Below are positions 41,156 to 52,444 of a stretch of 64,000 bases of DNA, piece by piece. The position numbers and the translations under genes were made by a program. The stretch is taken from NCBI GenBank assembly GCA_041946735.1, contig JBHGAY010000004.1:150292-214291 (forward strand), read 5' to 3'. A model generated the notes under the pieces. It saw nothing but the letters and a program-made list of their open reading frames with translations. It did no database searches and was not told the origin of the DNA. This DNA comes from Candidatus Eiseniibacteriota bacterium (GTDB taxonomy: Bacteria > Eisenbacteria > RBG-16-71-46 > CAIMUX01 > VGJL01). How positions within the stretch are numbered: position 1 is the first letter of the stretch; each line of letters opens with the position of its first letter.

Positions 41156-43261
41156 CTACCGCTTCAGGCGCGCGTCGAAGAACTCGACCATCCTGCGATA
41201 GAAGACGAGCCGGTTCGCCAGCTTCGAGATGCCGTGCCCCTCGTCGGCGAAGATCAGGCTGTCTACGGGCACGCCGCGCGCCGTGAGCGCGCGAAGGACC
41301 TGCCTCGCCTCGCCGACAGGCACGCGCGGATCGTTCTCTCCGTGGACCACGAGAAGCGACCCCTGAATCCGATCGATCCGATGGATCGGAGAAATGGAGC
41401 GAAGGAACTCCGCATCCTCCGCCGGCCCGTACTCGGCCGCGCGCAGGTCGCGCCGGTACTCCGCCGTGTTCGCCAGGAAGGACTCGAAGTTGGCGATCCC
41501 GACCTCGTCGATCCCCGCTGCGAAGAGATCCGGATACCAGGCCATCGCGGCAAGGGTCATGTAGCCGCCGTACGAAGCTCCCTTGATCCCGATCCGGCCT
41601 TTGTCCGCCAACCCCTGGTCGATCAGCCACTGGGCGCCCCAGGCCAGGTCCTTCACCGAGTCCATTCGCTTGCGATAGTTGTCCGCGTCCATGTACTCGC
41701 GCCCATATCCGGAGCTTCCGCGGACGTTGGGGGCGAAGATCCCATAGCCGTGGAGAAGCAGATACTGGAAGTGGCGGTTGAACCAAGGCCGGAACTGGCC
41801 CTCCGGACCTCCATGGACATCGATCACGAACGGAATGGGCCGCGCCGCCCCACTCTTCGCGGCTGCCCCACTCTTCGCGGCTGCCCCTTCGACCCGCGGC
41901 AAGTAGAGGAACGCGGGGATCTCCTTCCCGTCGAAGCTGGTGTAGGAGACGAGCTTCGGCGGCGTGAACCACCGGGGATCGATCCCCGCGTAGGAAGAGA
42001 ACGTGCGCTGGCGCGGCTTCTCGTCCTCGGGCGAACGCCAACCCCAGCGCGACGAGCGCGAGGGAATCCTCCACGTCCAAACGTCGGCGGTCGTCGTCGG
42101 ACTGCTGTAGACGAACGCCATCCGGCCGTCGCTCGCCAACCTCACCGAGGAGATCGTCCCCTCCTCCAGCGGAGGGCCGTCGATCTCTCGGTCCCTGTCG
42201 AGATCCCGGAGATGGAGTACGCGATAGCCGGCCTCGTTCACCGCCCACGCTAGAATCGAGCGATCCGGGGAGAGCGACATCTGCTCGGCCTCCCACGGGC
42301 TCCGGTCCTGCGGAAAGAGAAAGCGGAGGACGGGCGGATCGCCAGCGATCGTTGCGATGCGCAGCAACCCATCGGGATTGGCGTCGCTGATCACGTAGAC
42401 ACGGTCCGGTTCCCGGGCGAAGGCGGCGACGGCGTAGCGCGCCTCGCCGGTGTGCGGCGTCAGGAGCCGCAGCTCTCCGGCCGACAGGTCGAGGACGAAG
42501 AGATCATTGTCGGCGCTCGAGTTCGCCTTGTAGAGAAGGAGCTTCGTCCCGGAATCGTCGATGTCGGTCACGCCGTAGTAGCCCGGCCTCTCGAGCAGCG
42601 CCCGCCGGGCCCCGGTCGACACGTCCTGGGCGTAGATGTGGAAGTCGGCGGGACTGTCAGGGTTGCCGGCGAAGTAGATCGTCCGGCCGTCCGGCGAGAA
42701 GACGGGTAGGCCGAAACGCGCCTCCGGCTGCTGCGTGGCCGGCCTGGCCAGGCCACTCTCCGCATCCAACAGGTAGATCTGGTACCGCTCGCTGCCGCCC
42801 GTCGCCGCCGTCACCGCGATCGTCCGGCCATCCGGCGAGACGGTGTAGTCGCCGATGCCGTTCGGAAAGAAGGTGAGCTGGTAGGGCCACCCCTCGTCGG
42901 TCAGCCGGTAGACCTGCGCCGTCCCGGTCTGCGATGTCACGAAGAAGAGGCGCGAGCCGTCGCGCGTGATCTCCGGATTCGATGCCGCTCCGATCTGCAG
43001 GAACGTCTCGATGTCGGGGAGACTCGCGGGGATCGGGGGCGTGGAAGGCGGATCGACGCTCTTCGCGGGGCGAGCCGCGTCCGCACCGCCGACGGCCGCG
43101 TAGGCAAGGAAGAGCGCGCAGATCAGAGGAGGCACAGCGCGAGGACGGCGGCCCGCGCATCGACGGATGACGCTTCGGCGAAGAACCCACGGCACGAGCA
43201 CCGGCACTGCCCTACCTCCCGATCCCCGACAGAAGGCGTTGCGCTGGCGCGAGAGTATCAT
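41156..43261 (-). CDS. S9 prolyl oligopeptidase / acylaminoacyl peptidase (secreted)
   Basis: Propeller N-terminus; VHGGP, PNVRGSSGYG, GASYGG (Ser), NDPRV (Asp), DEGHG (His); start uncertain. Confidence 0.92.
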   Translation of the reverse strand: MILSRQRNAFCRGSGGRAVPVLVPWVLRRSVIRRCAGRRPRAVPPLICALFLAYAAVGGADAARPAKSVDPPSTPPIPASLPDIETFLQIGAASNPEITRDGSRLFFVTSQTGTAQVYRLTDEGWPYQLTFFPNGIGDYTVSPDGRTIAVTAATGGSERYQIYLLDAESGLARPATQQPEARFGLPVFSPDGRTIYFAGNPDSPADFHIYAQDVSTGARRALLERPGYYGVTDIDDSGTKLLLYKANSSADNDLFVLDLSAGELRLLTPHTGEARYAVAAFAREPDRVYVISDANPDGLLRIATIAGDPPVLRFLFPQDRSPWEAEQMSLSPDRSILAWAVNEAGYRVLHLRDLDRDREIDGPPLEEGTISSVRLASDGRMAFVYSSPTTTADVWTWRIPSRSSRWGWRSPEDEKPRQRTFSSYAGIDPRWFTPPKLVSYTSFDGKEIPAFLYLPRVEGAAAKSGAAAKSGAARPIPFVIDVHGGPEGQFRPWFNRHFQYLLLHGYGIFAPNVRGSSGYGREYMDADNYRKRMDSVKDLAWGAQWLIDQGLADKGRIGIKGASYGGYMTLAAMAWYPDLFAAGIDEVGIANFESFLANTAEYRRDLRAAEYGPAEDAEFLRSISPIHRIDRIQGSLLVVHGENDPRVPVGEARQVLRALTARGVPVDSLIFADEGHGISKLANRLVFYRRMVEFFDARLKR

Positions 43262-43338
43262 GGACCGGTCGGTCGAGCGCCCGGCGCATGCGGCCGGGGC
43301 TCGCGCGGATTGCCACGATCCCGCAAAGGGGGAAGCGC

Positions 43339-43995
43339 ATGAATGGCGCCACCGTCGTCCGTACCGGCGCGCTGCTCACGTTCCTGGCCGGACTGTTCCC
43401 GCTGATCGTCCCCGCCCTGTCTCCTGCGACCGCCGCCGCTCCAGCGACCGGGGCCGGTCCGGCGAACGCCGCCCGTGCGGCGACCGTCTGGCTCGAAGCG
43501 ACGATCGAGGAGCAGGACGGCGACCGAACCACGATCCGGGGTCCGCTGGAATGGCTCGCCACGGCGCGCGAGGGCCGGATGAAGATCGAATTCGAGAGGA
43601 TGCGCATCCGCCCCGCCCGCCTCTTCGAGCGGTACCGGGACCTACCCGCCGGAGAATCGAGGCTCGTCGCGCGCGACGTGAACGAGGAGGGCGAGCCGTA
43701 CCATCTCGACGTCGTGTCCCGCCCTTCGGAGGGAGCGGCCGCGACGGGAAGGATCCACCTTCTCGTGGACGACGGCGGCAAGAGGACCGATGTCCGCTTC
43801 CCGCTCTCCGCGGCGAAGGTCCTCGAGGTCGTCGGTGACATCCTGCCGGATTGGATCCGCCTGGGTCCCGAGGAGCGGTCGAAGGCCTCGTCCTTCGACC
43901 GCCGGTGGGACATCGGGGCGCTGCTGACCTACGGTCCGTTCGAGCTGGTCGATTCCCGGGGACCGCGCGGGAGCGCGATCGTCCGGGTCGAATAG
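43339..43995 (+). CDS. Hypothetical secreted protein
   Basis: Signal peptide, GGGGG RBS, host-like codon usage. Confidence 0.6.
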   Translation: MNGATVVRTGALLTFLAGLFPLIVPALSPATAAAPATGAGPANAARAATVWLEATIEEQDGDRTTIRGPLEWLATAREGRMKIEFERMRIRPARLFERYRDLPAGESRLVARDVNEEGEPYHLDVVSRPSEGAAATGRIHLLVDDGGKRTDVRFPLSAAKVLEVVGDILPDWIRLGPEERSKASSFDRRWDIGALLTYGPFELVDSRGPRGSAIVRVE

Positions 43996-44016
43996 CGCCA
44001 GGCGGGACGGACCCGG

Positions 44017-44739
44017 CTACTCGTTGCCCAAGAAGCCCCCGAGCAGGCCGCCGCCCCGCCCCCCGCTCGATGCTCCCCGCGGCAGGTGCGGGATCAGCCA
44101 CTGCAGGAAGGACTGCGTGGATCGTGTCTGCAGGTAGAGCACCCCGCTCCCCCGGAACTCGCAAACCAGACCTTCGCCGGAGAGGATCGTCGACTTCCAT
44201 CCGCCAACGCGCCGCACGTCGAAGCTCAGATCGCCACCGAACCCGACCACGTGCCCGGTGTCGACGACGTACGGGGCGCCGGAAATCTGCACCGGATGGA
44301 TCGCGCCGTAGCTGGAAAAGACCATCCGCCCTTGCCCGCGCGCCTTGAGCAGGAAGAGACCCTCGCTCCCGAAGAACGTGCGCGCCCCACCCCAGGATGG
44401 GTCGATCTCGATCCCCGGATCGGACGCGAGATACGAACCGGACTGGAGGTAGAACAGATCTCCTTTCAGCTCGATCGCTGTGATGTCGCCGGGCAGGGCG
44501 GGCGCCAGGCTGATCTCGCCCGGGCCTCCCCGGGACACGAAGGTATTGAAGAAGAGCGACTCGCCCCCAAGGACCGACCGCTTCAAGGCTCCGAAGACGC
44601 CGCCTTTCATGCCGGTCTGGATCTCGATGTTGGAGGTCATGCTCACCATCGCCCCGCCCTCGGCCTGGATCGCCTCCTCGGCTTCCAAGGCGACGATCGC
44701 GAGCGAATAGGAGGGCTGGTAGCGGACGTCGACTCTCAT
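44017..44739 (-). CDS. AIM24 / TIGR00266 family protein
   Basis: AEGGAMVSM, GGESLFFN, GSEGLF, YVVDTGHVV, SGEGLV, LYLQTR. Confidence 0.9.
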   Translation of the reverse strand: MRVDVRYQPSYSLAIVALEAEEAIQAEGGAMVSMTSNIEIQTGMKGGVFGALKRSVLGGESLFFNTFVSRGGPGEISLAPALPGDITAIELKGDLFYLQSGSYLASDPGIEIDPSWGGARTFFGSEGLFLLKARGQGRMVFSSYGAIHPVQISGAPYVVDTGHVVGFGGDLSFDVRRVGGWKSTILSGEGLVCEFRGSGVLYLQTRSTQSFLQWLIPHLPRGASSGGRGGGLLGGFLGNE

Positions 44740-45027
44740 CGGCTCGAAGGTCCTCCTTCCGGGTTCGTCTTCCGTCTTGCGTCCTTCGTCTTCCGTTCTG
44801 CCGTCCTGGGTCTTCCGGCTTGTGGCGTCCGGCTTGCGGCTCGCGGCTTCCGGCTCGCGGCTTCCGGCTTGCCCCATCGCCATCGACGAACGGGGAGGGT
44901 AGCAGAGCCCGGTCGGCTGGCAACGAAGCCCGCTTCCCAGGAGCCCGCTTCGGCCGCGTCGACGAGAGGCGCGAACCCGAAGAAAGAGAAGAGAGAAGAA
45001 AAGGGTTGACGAGGGGCGCTGGTGTAC

Positions 45028-45041
45028 CGTACAAACGTACG
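45028..45041. promoter_or_regulatory. Putative LexA (SOS) box upstream of the radical SAM gene
   Basis: Perfect palindrome CGTAC-N4-GTACG, 1 nt before ATG 45043 and downstream of TTGACG (45006-45011). Confidence 0.5.
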
Positions 45042-45042
45042 C

Positions 45043-46152
45043 ATGGAGCAGACGCGAGCGGTCCCCTTGCCCCTCTTCCCCGAGGCGAGGATCCCGGAGG
45101 CACGGAAGCCTCGCGCGCGGAGGAGGCTCTCCTCGATCTCTCCCGTCGAGGAGACTCCCCGGGCTCGGTTCCGGCCGCTCGCCTGCTCCACGATCCTCAA
45201 TCCAAGCCGGCATCCGCAGCTCCCCTTCGACTTCTCCATCAATCCGTATCGGGGATGCGAGATCGGGTGCTCGTACTGCTATGCGCGCGGGACGCACGCC
45301 TACCTGGAGGAGACGGGTGCGGAAGGCCGCACGCCAAGCGATCCCGCGGGCTTCGAGTCGCGCATCTACGTCAAGTTCCAGGCGGCCAGCGCGCTCGCCG
45401 AATCGCTACGACGGCTCTCGATCCGCGGCCAGGGGATCGCGATCGGAACGGCGACCGATCCTTACCAGCCGGGCGAGAAGCGATTCGGTATCACGAGGAA
45501 GCTCCTCGAGACGCTCGCGACACGGTCCGGCTACGAACTGTCCATCACGACGAAGAGCCCCTTGATCCTGCGGGACGTCGATCTGCTGGCGCAGATCGGC
45601 TCGCGCGCGAGGCTGACGGTTCAGATCAGCCTGATCACGTTGCGCCGGAGTCTGTCCCGGATCGTCGAAAAGCACGCCCCGTCCCCCCGCAGGCGGCTCG
45701 AGACGATCCGGGGCCTCCGGAGCGCCGGGATCGACACAGGGCTCTTCGTGATGCCGATCCTTCCGGGAATCACCGACTCCGATGGAGAGTTGGGCCCTCT
45801 CCTCCGAGAGGCGCGTTCGGCGGGAGCCGCGTTCGCCTCGGCCTGCGTCCTTCGAATCCCGAGTCCCGCCGGCCTCGTGCTCGATCCCATGCTCGAGCAC
45901 CACTTCCCCCACCTGCTCCCGCAGTACCGCCGCGTCGCGGCCGGCGCAGGATGGTTCCCGCCGCCCCTCTCGCGCGCGATCCTCGATCGGTTCCATCGGG
46001 CGTGCCTCGCTTGCGGCCTGCCCGAGCGGGACGACCGCTGGCAATCTCGTGCCAACTCGGCGGCAGGTACCCGAATCATGCCCGTGCATGAAACAGGCGA
46101 CCTGTTCGATCCGCAGACTGCGGAGCCGGCGGGCTGCGTACCGAAGAGGTAG
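45043..46152 (+). CDS. Radical SAM protein, SplB-like / Rv2578c family
   Basis: SINPYRGCEIGCSYCYAR, IGTATDPYQP, ITTKSPLILRD, MPILPGITD. Confidence 0.9.
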   Translation: MEQTRAVPLPLFPEARIPEARKPRARRRLSSISPVEETPRARFRPLACSTILNPSRHPQLPFDFSINPYRGCEIGCSYCYARGTHAYLEETGAEGRTPSDPAGFESRIYVKFQAASALAESLRRLSIRGQGIAIGTATDPYQPGEKRFGITRKLLETLATRSGYELSITTKSPLILRDVDLLAQIGSRARLTVQISLITLRRSLSRIVEKHAPSPRRRLETIRGLRSAGIDTGLFVMPILPGITDSDGELGPLLREARSAGAAFASACVLRIPSPAGLVLDPMLEHHFPHLLPQYRRVAAGAGWFPPPLSRAILDRFHRACLACGLPERDDRWQSRANSAAGTRIMPVHETGDLFDPQTAEPAGCVPKR

Positions 46153-46332
46153 AAATTGCAGGAGTTAGGGGATCGATCGGATGAAGATTTTGTCAGGTAG
46201 AAATGTGTCTTGACAGGAATCGAGAATCAGTTATTCTGCGCGAACGACAGCCGGAAGTCACTCACCACTGTTTGACACCCAGCCAGCAGTCACAGATGTG
46301 GGAGACTGTCCGACTCCTCAAGCGGGGCACAT

Positions 46333-49300
46333 CTAGGTTCCCCCCTGGTGTCCTTCTGAGGGTCGGTTGGTCTCACCCTTTGCGAGCGGGCGGAAGCGGA
46401 ATCCCTTCGTTGGACTCCCTGACGCCCGCTCCCTTTTTCCCCCCTCGGCAGCGCTCGCGCCGGCGTCTCGTCCCGCGGTGCTTCCGGCCGGCGTCCTCGG
46501 CATCCGTTGCGTGTCCGACGGCACCCCGCGCCGGTGGATCTCCTGAAGGGCCTCGACCTCGATTCCCGATTCCCGCATCGACGCGATCGCCTCGGCGGCC
46601 GCCCGCGCCCCTTCGAGCGTCGTGATGCAGGGGACTCCACGCTCCAAGGCCGTCGACCGGATCGCCCGCTCGTCATAGAAGGAGGCGCGGCCTAGCGGCG
46701 TGTTGATGACCAGGTCGATCTTCCCGCCGCGGATCCGGTCGACCACGTTCGGGTGGCCCTCGTTGACCTTGTAGACGCGCGTGCAAGGAATCCCGCTTCG
46801 CTGCAGCCAGGCCGCCGTTCCATGCGTGGCCGTCAACACGAAGTCGAGCCGGGCGAGCGCCCTCGCCACGTCGAGCGCGGCCGGCTTGTCGTTGTCGTTG
46901 ACGCTGAGAAAGACGCGCCCGCCGAGCGGCAGCTTCAGCCCTGCAGCCAGGCAGGCCTTCGCGAAGGCGGAGCCGAAGCTGGGAGCGATCCCCAGCACTT
47001 CGCCCGTCGAACGCATCTCGGGCCCCAGGATCGTGTCGTTCTCCGGGAACCGCCGGAACGGGAAGACCGGCATCTTGACGAAGGACCGTGGAGCGACCGG
47101 CAGCGCGGGAAGGCCGAGGTCGGCGATCTTCCCTCCGAGGAGGATGCGCGTCGCCAGTCTCGCCAGCGGCTGGCCGATCGCCTTCGAGACGAACGGAATC
47201 GTCCGGGATGCTCGCGGGTTCGCCTCCAACACGTACGCCTCGCCTCCCTGGATCGCGAACTGGACGTTCAGCAAGCCGACCGCCCCCAGCGCCAGCGCCA
47301 GCGCATTGGTCCTTTCCCGGATCCGCTCGAGCAGCTCGGTCGGGATCCCTTCGGCGGGAAGCAGGGAGGTCGAGTCCCCCGAATGGATCCCCGCCCGCTC
47401 GACGTGCTGCTGAATCCCCGCGATCCAGACCGCCGTGCCATCGCAGAGCGCGTCGACGTCCACCTCCACGGCCCCTTCGAGGAACCGGTCGAGGAAGAGG
47501 GGACGCTCTTCGTCGAAGGGGTGGCGATCCAGGTAGGCGCGGAGCGCAGCCTCGTCGTACACGCACGTCATCGCCTGCCCTCCCAGGACGTAGGAAGGAC
47601 GCAGCATGAGGGGGTACGACAGCTCGCGAGCGCGCTCGAGAGCCTCGTCGATCGTCGCGGCGGTCCGGTGCTCGGGCACAGGGATCCCGAGGCTCGCCGC
47701 CAGCTCGCCGAAGCGGAGCCGGTCCTCGGCGAGATCGATCGCGTCGGCCGAGCTGCCCAGCACCGGCACGCCCGCTTCCTCGAGCCGTCGCGCGAGCGAG
47801 AGCGGGGTCTGCCCGCCGAATTGCAGGATGACCCCCTCCGGCTTCTCGCGCTCCACGACCTCGAGAACGTCCTCGAGCGTGAGAGGCTCGAAGTAGAGGC
47901 GGTCGGAGGTGTCGTAGTCGGTCGAGACCGTCTCCGGATTGCAGTTCATCAGGATCGACTCGATCGACTGCTCGCGTAGTTCCGCGGACGCCTCGCACGC
48001 GCAGGCGTCGAACTCGATCCCTTGGCCGATGCGGATCGGCCCGCCGCCGAGGATCAGGATCTTCCGCCCCTCGTTCGGGTCGGCCTCGCATTGCGTCTCG
48101 TAGGTCGAGAAGAAGTAGGGGGTGTACGACTCGAACTCGCCGGCGCAGGTGTCGATCCTGTGATAGACCGGTCGCAGTCCAAGCAGATGGCGCGTCTCGC
48201 GCAGCTTCCTCTCGTCGCATCCAAGAAGAGCCGCCAAACGCCGGTCCGAGAACCCTTCCCTCTTCGACCGTAGGAGCAGATCGCCCGACAGGCTCTCGAC
48301 CGCGCGTCCTGCGAGATCCTCCTCGGTCCGGACGATCGACTGGATCTGCTGCAGGAACCACGGATCGATCGACGTCTCGCGAGCCACCTCGTCGAGCGGA
48401 ATCCGCGAGCGGAACGCCTCGGCCACGATCAGCAATCTCTCCGGCCCCGCCTCGCGCATCCCGGCGCGAAGCCGGCCCTCGTCGATCATCCCTCCCGCGT
48501 CGATCCAGCGGGGACGGTCCAGGCCGCGAAGACCCGTCTCGAGCGAACGCAGCCCCTTCTGGAAAGCCTCGCGGAAGGTCCGCCCGATCGCCATCACCTC
48601 GCCGACCGACCGCATCTCCGTCGAGAGCCGCCGGGGCGACTCCGGAAACTTCTCGAAGTTCCAGCGAGGGATCTTGACGACCACGTAGTCGAGAGCCGGC
48701 TCGAAGCAGGCCGGCGTCTTGCGCGTAATGTCGTTGGCGATCTCGTCGAGCCTGTAGCCGAGGGCGAGGCGCGCGGCGATCTTCGCGATCGGGAAGCCGG
48801 TCGCCTTGCTCGCGAGCGCTGAAGAGCGCGAGACGCGCGGGTTCATCTCGATCACGACCCGGCGGCGGGTCGCCGGGTGGACGGCGAACTGGATGTTGCT
48901 GCCGCCGGTCTCGACGCCCACGGTCCGAATCACGCGGAAGGCGTCGTCGCGCATCTCCTGCAGCTCGCGGTCGGTCAGCGTCATCGCGGGGGCGACGGTG
49001 ATCGAGTCGCCCGTGTGGATCCCCATCGGGTCGATGTTCTCGATCGAGCAGACGACGATCGCCTGGTCCGCCCGGTCGCGCATCACCTCCAGCTCGAACT
49101 CCTTCCAGCCGAGCAGCGACTCCTCGACGAGGACGTCGCCGACGGGCGAGGCCTTCAGCCCGCGCGCGACCATTCTGCGGAAGCTCTCGATGTCGTGCGC
49201 GACGCCACTCCCCGTCCCGCCGAGCGTGAACGATGGGCGGATCACGGCGGGGAGGCCCGTATCCTGGAGCGCTTCTTCCGCCTCCTGGACGCTCCGCACG

Positions 49301-49743
49301 AGGCGGCCGACCGGCATCTCGAGGCCCACCTCCCGCATCGCGCGCTGGAAGGCGAGCCGGTCCTCCGCCAGCCGCATCGCGCGCAGCGAGGCGCCGAGGA
49401 GGCGCACGCCATGGCGGCTCCACACTCCGCGGTCCGCGAGAGCGACGGAGAGGTTGATGGCTGTCTGCCCACCCACCGTCGGAAGGCAGGCGTCGGGCTT
49501 CTCCCGCTCCACCACCTTCTCGAGAACCTCGGGAATCAGAGGCTCGACGTACGTCGCGTCGGCGAGCGAGGGATCGGTCATGATCGTGGCCGGATTGGAG
49601 TTCACGAGCACGACGCGGCACCCTTCCTCGCGCAGCGCTTTCACCGCCTGCGTTCCGGAATAGTCGAACTCGCATCCCTGGCCGATCACGATCGGCCCCG
49701 ACCCGATGACGAGGACGGTCCTCACCGAGGCGTCACGAGGCAT
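46333..49743 (-). CDS. carB: Carbamoyl-phosphate synthase large subunit
   Basis: [38 protein letters not shown], second ATP-grasp, MGS domain. Confidence 0.98.
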   Translation of the reverse strand: MPRDASVRTVLVIGSGPIVIGQGCEFDYSGTQAVKALREEGCRVVLVNSNPATIMTDPSLADATYVEPLIPEVLEKVVEREKPDACLPTVGGQTAINLSVALADRGVWSRHGVRLLGASLRAMRLAEDRLAFQRAMREVGLEMPVGRLVRSVQEAEEALQDTGLPAVIRPSFTLGGTGSGVAHDIESFRRMVARGLKASPVGDVLVEESLLGWKEFELEVMRDRADQAIVVCSIENIDPMGIHTGDSITVAPAMTLTDRELQEMRDDAFRVIRTVGVETGGSNIQFAVHPATRRRVVIEMNPRVSRSSALASKATGFPIAKIAARLALGYRLDEIANDITRKTPACFEPALDYVVVKIPRWNFEKFPESPRRLSTEMRSVGEVMAIGRTFREAFQKGLRSLETGLRGLDRPRWIDAGGMIDEGRLRAGMREAGPERLLIVAEAFRSRIPLDEVARETSIDPWFLQQIQSIVRTEEDLAGRAVESLSGDLLLRSKREGFSDRRLAALLGCDERKLRETRHLLGLRPVYHRIDTCAGEFESYTPYFFSTYETQCEADPNEGRKILILGGGPIRIGQGIEFDACACEASAELREQSIESILMNCNPETVSTDYDTSDRLYFEPLTLEDVLEVVEREKPEGVILQFGGQTPLSLARRLEEAGVPVLGSSADAIDLAEDRLRFGELAASLGIPVPEHRTAATIDEALERARELSYPLMLRPSYVLGGQAMTCVYDEAALRAYLDRHPFDEERPLFLDRFLEGAVEVDVDALCDGTAVWIAGIQQHVERAGIHSGDSTSLLPAEGIPTELLERIRERTNALALALGAVGLLNVQFAIQGGEAYVLEANPRASRTIPFVSKAIGQPLARLATRILLGGKIADLGLPALPVAPRSFVKMPVFPFRRFPENDTILGPEMRSTGEVLGIAPSFGSAFAKACLAAGLKLPLGGRVFLSVNDNDKPAALDVARALARLDFVLTATHGTAAWLQRSGIPCTRVYKVNEGHPNVVDRIRGGKIDLVINTPLGRASFYDERAIRSTALERGVPCITTLEGARAAAEAIASMRESGIEVEALQEIHRRGVPSDTQRMPRTPAGSTAGRDAGASAAEGGKRERASGSPTKGFRFRPLAKGETNRPSEGHQGGT

Positions 49744-50902
49744 GGAGCCGCTCCCTGTCGTCCCGAACCGCGCGGACGAACAGATCGAAAATCGCGCGCG
49801 CCTCCCTCGGGCCCGGCGCCCCTTCGGGATGGAACTGATACGACCAGAGCCGGAGCCCGGAGTGCGCGAACCCCTCGATGGATCCGTCGTTCAGGTTGCG
49901 ATGCGTGACCTCGACTCCCGGCGGCACGTGGTCGGCATCGACCGCGTAGTTGTGGTTCTGCGAGGTGACGTAGACGGCGCCCGTTCGGACGTCCTGCACC
50001 GGATGGTTCGAGCCATGGTGCCCGAACGGCAGCTTCACGATTCGCGCGCCGAGCGCGAGGCCGGCCAGCTGGTGGCCGAGACAGATCGCGAGCGTCGGGT
50101 AGCGATCGATGCAGTGCCGGATCGTGCCGAGGGCGCTCACGACCGCCTCCGGGTCGCCGGGGCCATTGGAGAGGACGATTCCGTCGGGCGCGAGCCGGTC
50201 GATCTCCTCGGCCGCGGCCCGATACGGCAGCACGAACGCCTCGCACTCGCGCTGCTCGATCTGCGTCACGATCGAGCGCTTGATGCCGAAGTCGAGCAGG
50301 ACGATCCGCGGCCGGCTCCTTGCCTGCTCGCCATCGCTCCCCTCGGCGCGGCCGGCGGCGGCGGTCGCGGAGGGCGGTGGCGCGTCGGGCGCGGATCCGG
50401 CGGCGCCGCCCAATCTCTCCTCCACCACTTCGCCTACCAGATCCCGCTCCGATGGCCGCACGACGCGTCGCGCCCGCTCCACGGCGGCGTTCGGATCCTC
50501 GACGCGCGACGTGATGATCCCGCGCAGCGAGCCGTTGCGCCGCAGATGGAGCGTCAGCGCCCGTGTGTCCACCTCGGTCAGCGCGCAGATGCCGTTCCGC
50601 CGCAGATAGTGACGCAGCGACTCGACCGACCGGGGGTGCGAGGACATCTCGGCCAGTTCCCGCACTACGACTCCCGTCAGCCAAGGACGCGTCGATTCGG
50701 AGTCGGAGGGATGGATTCCGTAGTTGCCGATATGCGGAGCGGTGAACACGACGATCTGGCCGCGGTAGGAAGGGTCGGTGAGAACCTCTTGATACCCGGT
50801 CATCGCAGTGCTGAAGACGACCTCGCCACCGGCCTCCGCGGAACTGCCGAACGATCGACCAGGAAAGATACGGCCGTCCTCGAGCGCGAGCAGCGCCTGC
50901 AT
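49733..50902 (-). CDS. carA: Carbamoyl-phosphate synthase small subunit
   Basis: [37 protein letters not shown] at 50902 with GGAGG. Confidence 0.97.
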   Translation of the reverse strand: MQALLALEDGRIFPGRSFGSSAEAGGEVVFSTAMTGYQEVLTDPSYRGQIVVFTAPHIGNYGIHPSDSESTRPWLTGVVVRELAEMSSHPRSVESLRHYLRRNGICALTEVDTRALTLHLRRNGSLRGIITSRVEDPNAAVERARRVVRPSERDLVGEVVEERLGGAAGSAPDAPPPSATAAAGRAEGSDGEQARSRPRIVLLDFGIKRSIVTQIEQRECEAFVLPYRAAAEEIDRLAPDGIVLSNGPGDPEAVVSALGTIRHCIDRYPTLAICLGHQLAGLALGARIVKLPFGHHGSNHPVQDVRTGAVYVTSQNHNYAVDADHVPPGVEVTHRNLNDGSIEGFAHSGLRLWSYQFHPEGAPGPREARAIFDLFVRAVRDDRERLHAS

Positions 50903-51019
50903 GCCCCTCCGCGGGCGTCGGCGGGTATGCGCAATCGGTCGTGACACCCCGGTGCCGCGACTGCCGAGCCCGGATCATCCTAAGGAGCCGCGTGCCGCAC
51001 CCGCAAGTTCCATCGGCGG

Positions 51020-52423
51020 TCAGTCTCGAGAATCGTCCTTCCGGGAATCGGACTGCGCGGAACGATCACGCACGGCGAATTCGAGGAGGTCGAGCAGACG
51101 CATTCTCTTCAACCACCGGTCGGGGATTGCGGAGGGACCGAGCTGCGCGCCGAGCAGGGCGCCGGCGGCGGCGCCGTGCGTGTCGGCGTCGCCTCCGCGG
51201 TGCACGAGATCCAGCAGGATCTCTTCGAAGCCTTTCGATTCCCGGGTCGCGCAGCGGGACGCCCAGAACGCCGCCTGGAGCGTCTTCAGCGGATGTCCGC
51301 GCTCGTGGCCGTTCCACTCCGCTCCGCCCGGCTCCCATTCCCTCTCTGGCGACTCTGGCGACGCGATCTCTTCGAGCGCAGCGCCCGTTCGCGGCTCGTA
51401 GGCGGCGGCCCGCGCCGCCTCGAGCGGATCCTCGCCGCGTACGGCCGCGGCCGTCCCTTCCGCCAACAGCAGCGAGGCGGCAAGACAGACGGGGGCGGGC
51501 TGCGTCATCCCCGCGGCGGCGAAGACCGAAGCCGCGCGCAGGGAGAAATCGTAGGGGAGCGCGAGACCGAGCGCCGCCGCTCTGCCGAGCACGCTGTTGA
51601 ACTCGGGCAGGCGATGCGCGGCTTCCCATGCTCGACGAGCGGCGGGAATCGGCGGCTGCGTCCGGAACGCCCGCAGAATGGCGCGCGTGAGGTGGCCGAA
51701 GTCGCGCGGCCGCGCCGCCACCCAGTCGGCGAGCGCTCGGGCGATGCGGTCGCGGTCGGCCGGAAGATGGACGGTCCGGCCGTCGGCGACTTCGCGAAAC
51801 CAGAGCAGCGCGAAGGTCGTCTCCCGCGTCGGGTGCCCTGGTCCCCATCCGCGACCGCTCACGTAGTCCCGAAATGCCCCATGGATCCGCGCAATCTTCT
51901 CGGCCGGCCAGTTCTCGACCGGCGCGCCGATCGCGTCGCCGACCGCGAGGCCCAGCATCCCTCCACGGATCCGCTCCGCGACCGCCCGGTCTCCCGGAGT
52001 CCCTGCGCGCCGCATTCCGGGCGGGAGGGCGCACGCCTCCGCGATCGTCGCGTCCGTCGCGTCCGCCGCGTCCGCCGCCACCTCGATCGGGAACGGGGAC
52101 GGTGGAAGGATCCGGATCGCGTCGAGCGTCCCGCCGGCCAGGACGTCGATTTCGAGCGCCGCCTCGCGCGCCTGATCGAGCGCGGCGCCGCTCCCCGGTT
52201 CCATCGCAACGGTGGCGACGAGCGGGCGCAGGCCGGCGAGGCGCCATCGCAGCAGCCGGGCGATCCATGCGGGATCGAGGGCCACCTTCCCGGGAAGGAG
52301 ACGCCCGCCGCACGGCAGCATCCCTTCGGCGATCTCGATCCAGCGAATCGCGGAGGGAAGCTCTTCGCCGGGGGCGAGACGCGAGGCGAGGAGTTCCTCT
52401 CGCAACCACCATTCACGGGTCAT
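51020..52423 (-). CDS. ADP-ribosylglycohydrolase (DraG/ARH family) with N-terminal extension
   Basis: GLAVGDAIGAPVE and GGDADTHGAAAGALLGA..G..AIP..W. Confidence 0.82.
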   Translation of the reverse strand: MTREWWLREELLASRLAPGEELPSAIRWIEIAEGMLPCGGRLLPGKVALDPAWIARLLRWRLAGLRPLVATVAMEPGSGAALDQAREAALEIDVLAGGTLDAIRILPPSPFPIEVAADAADATDATIAEACALPPGMRRAGTPGDRAVAERIRGGMLGLAVGDAIGAPVENWPAEKIARIHGAFRDYVSGRGWGPGHPTRETTFALLWFREVADGRTVHLPADRDRIARALADWVAARPRDFGHLTRAILRAFRTQPPIPAARRAWEAAHRLPEFNSVLGRAAALGLALPYDFSLRAASVFAAAGMTQPAPVCLAASLLLAEGTAAAVRGEDPLEAARAAAYEPRTGAALEEIASPESPEREWEPGGAEWNGHERGHPLKTLQAAFWASRCATRESKGFEEILLDLVHRGGDADTHGAAAGALLGAQLGPSAIPDRWLKRMRLLDLLEFAVRDRSAQSDSRKDDSRD

Positions 52424-52444
52424 GCGCTCACCTCTCCGGCGCAA

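Noticed and set aside
46240..46335. tRNA-Sec (selC) or a known riboswitch
   Set aside because: No cloverleaf, UCA anticodon arm or T-loop consensus could be built by eye, and no riboswitch consensus was recognised.
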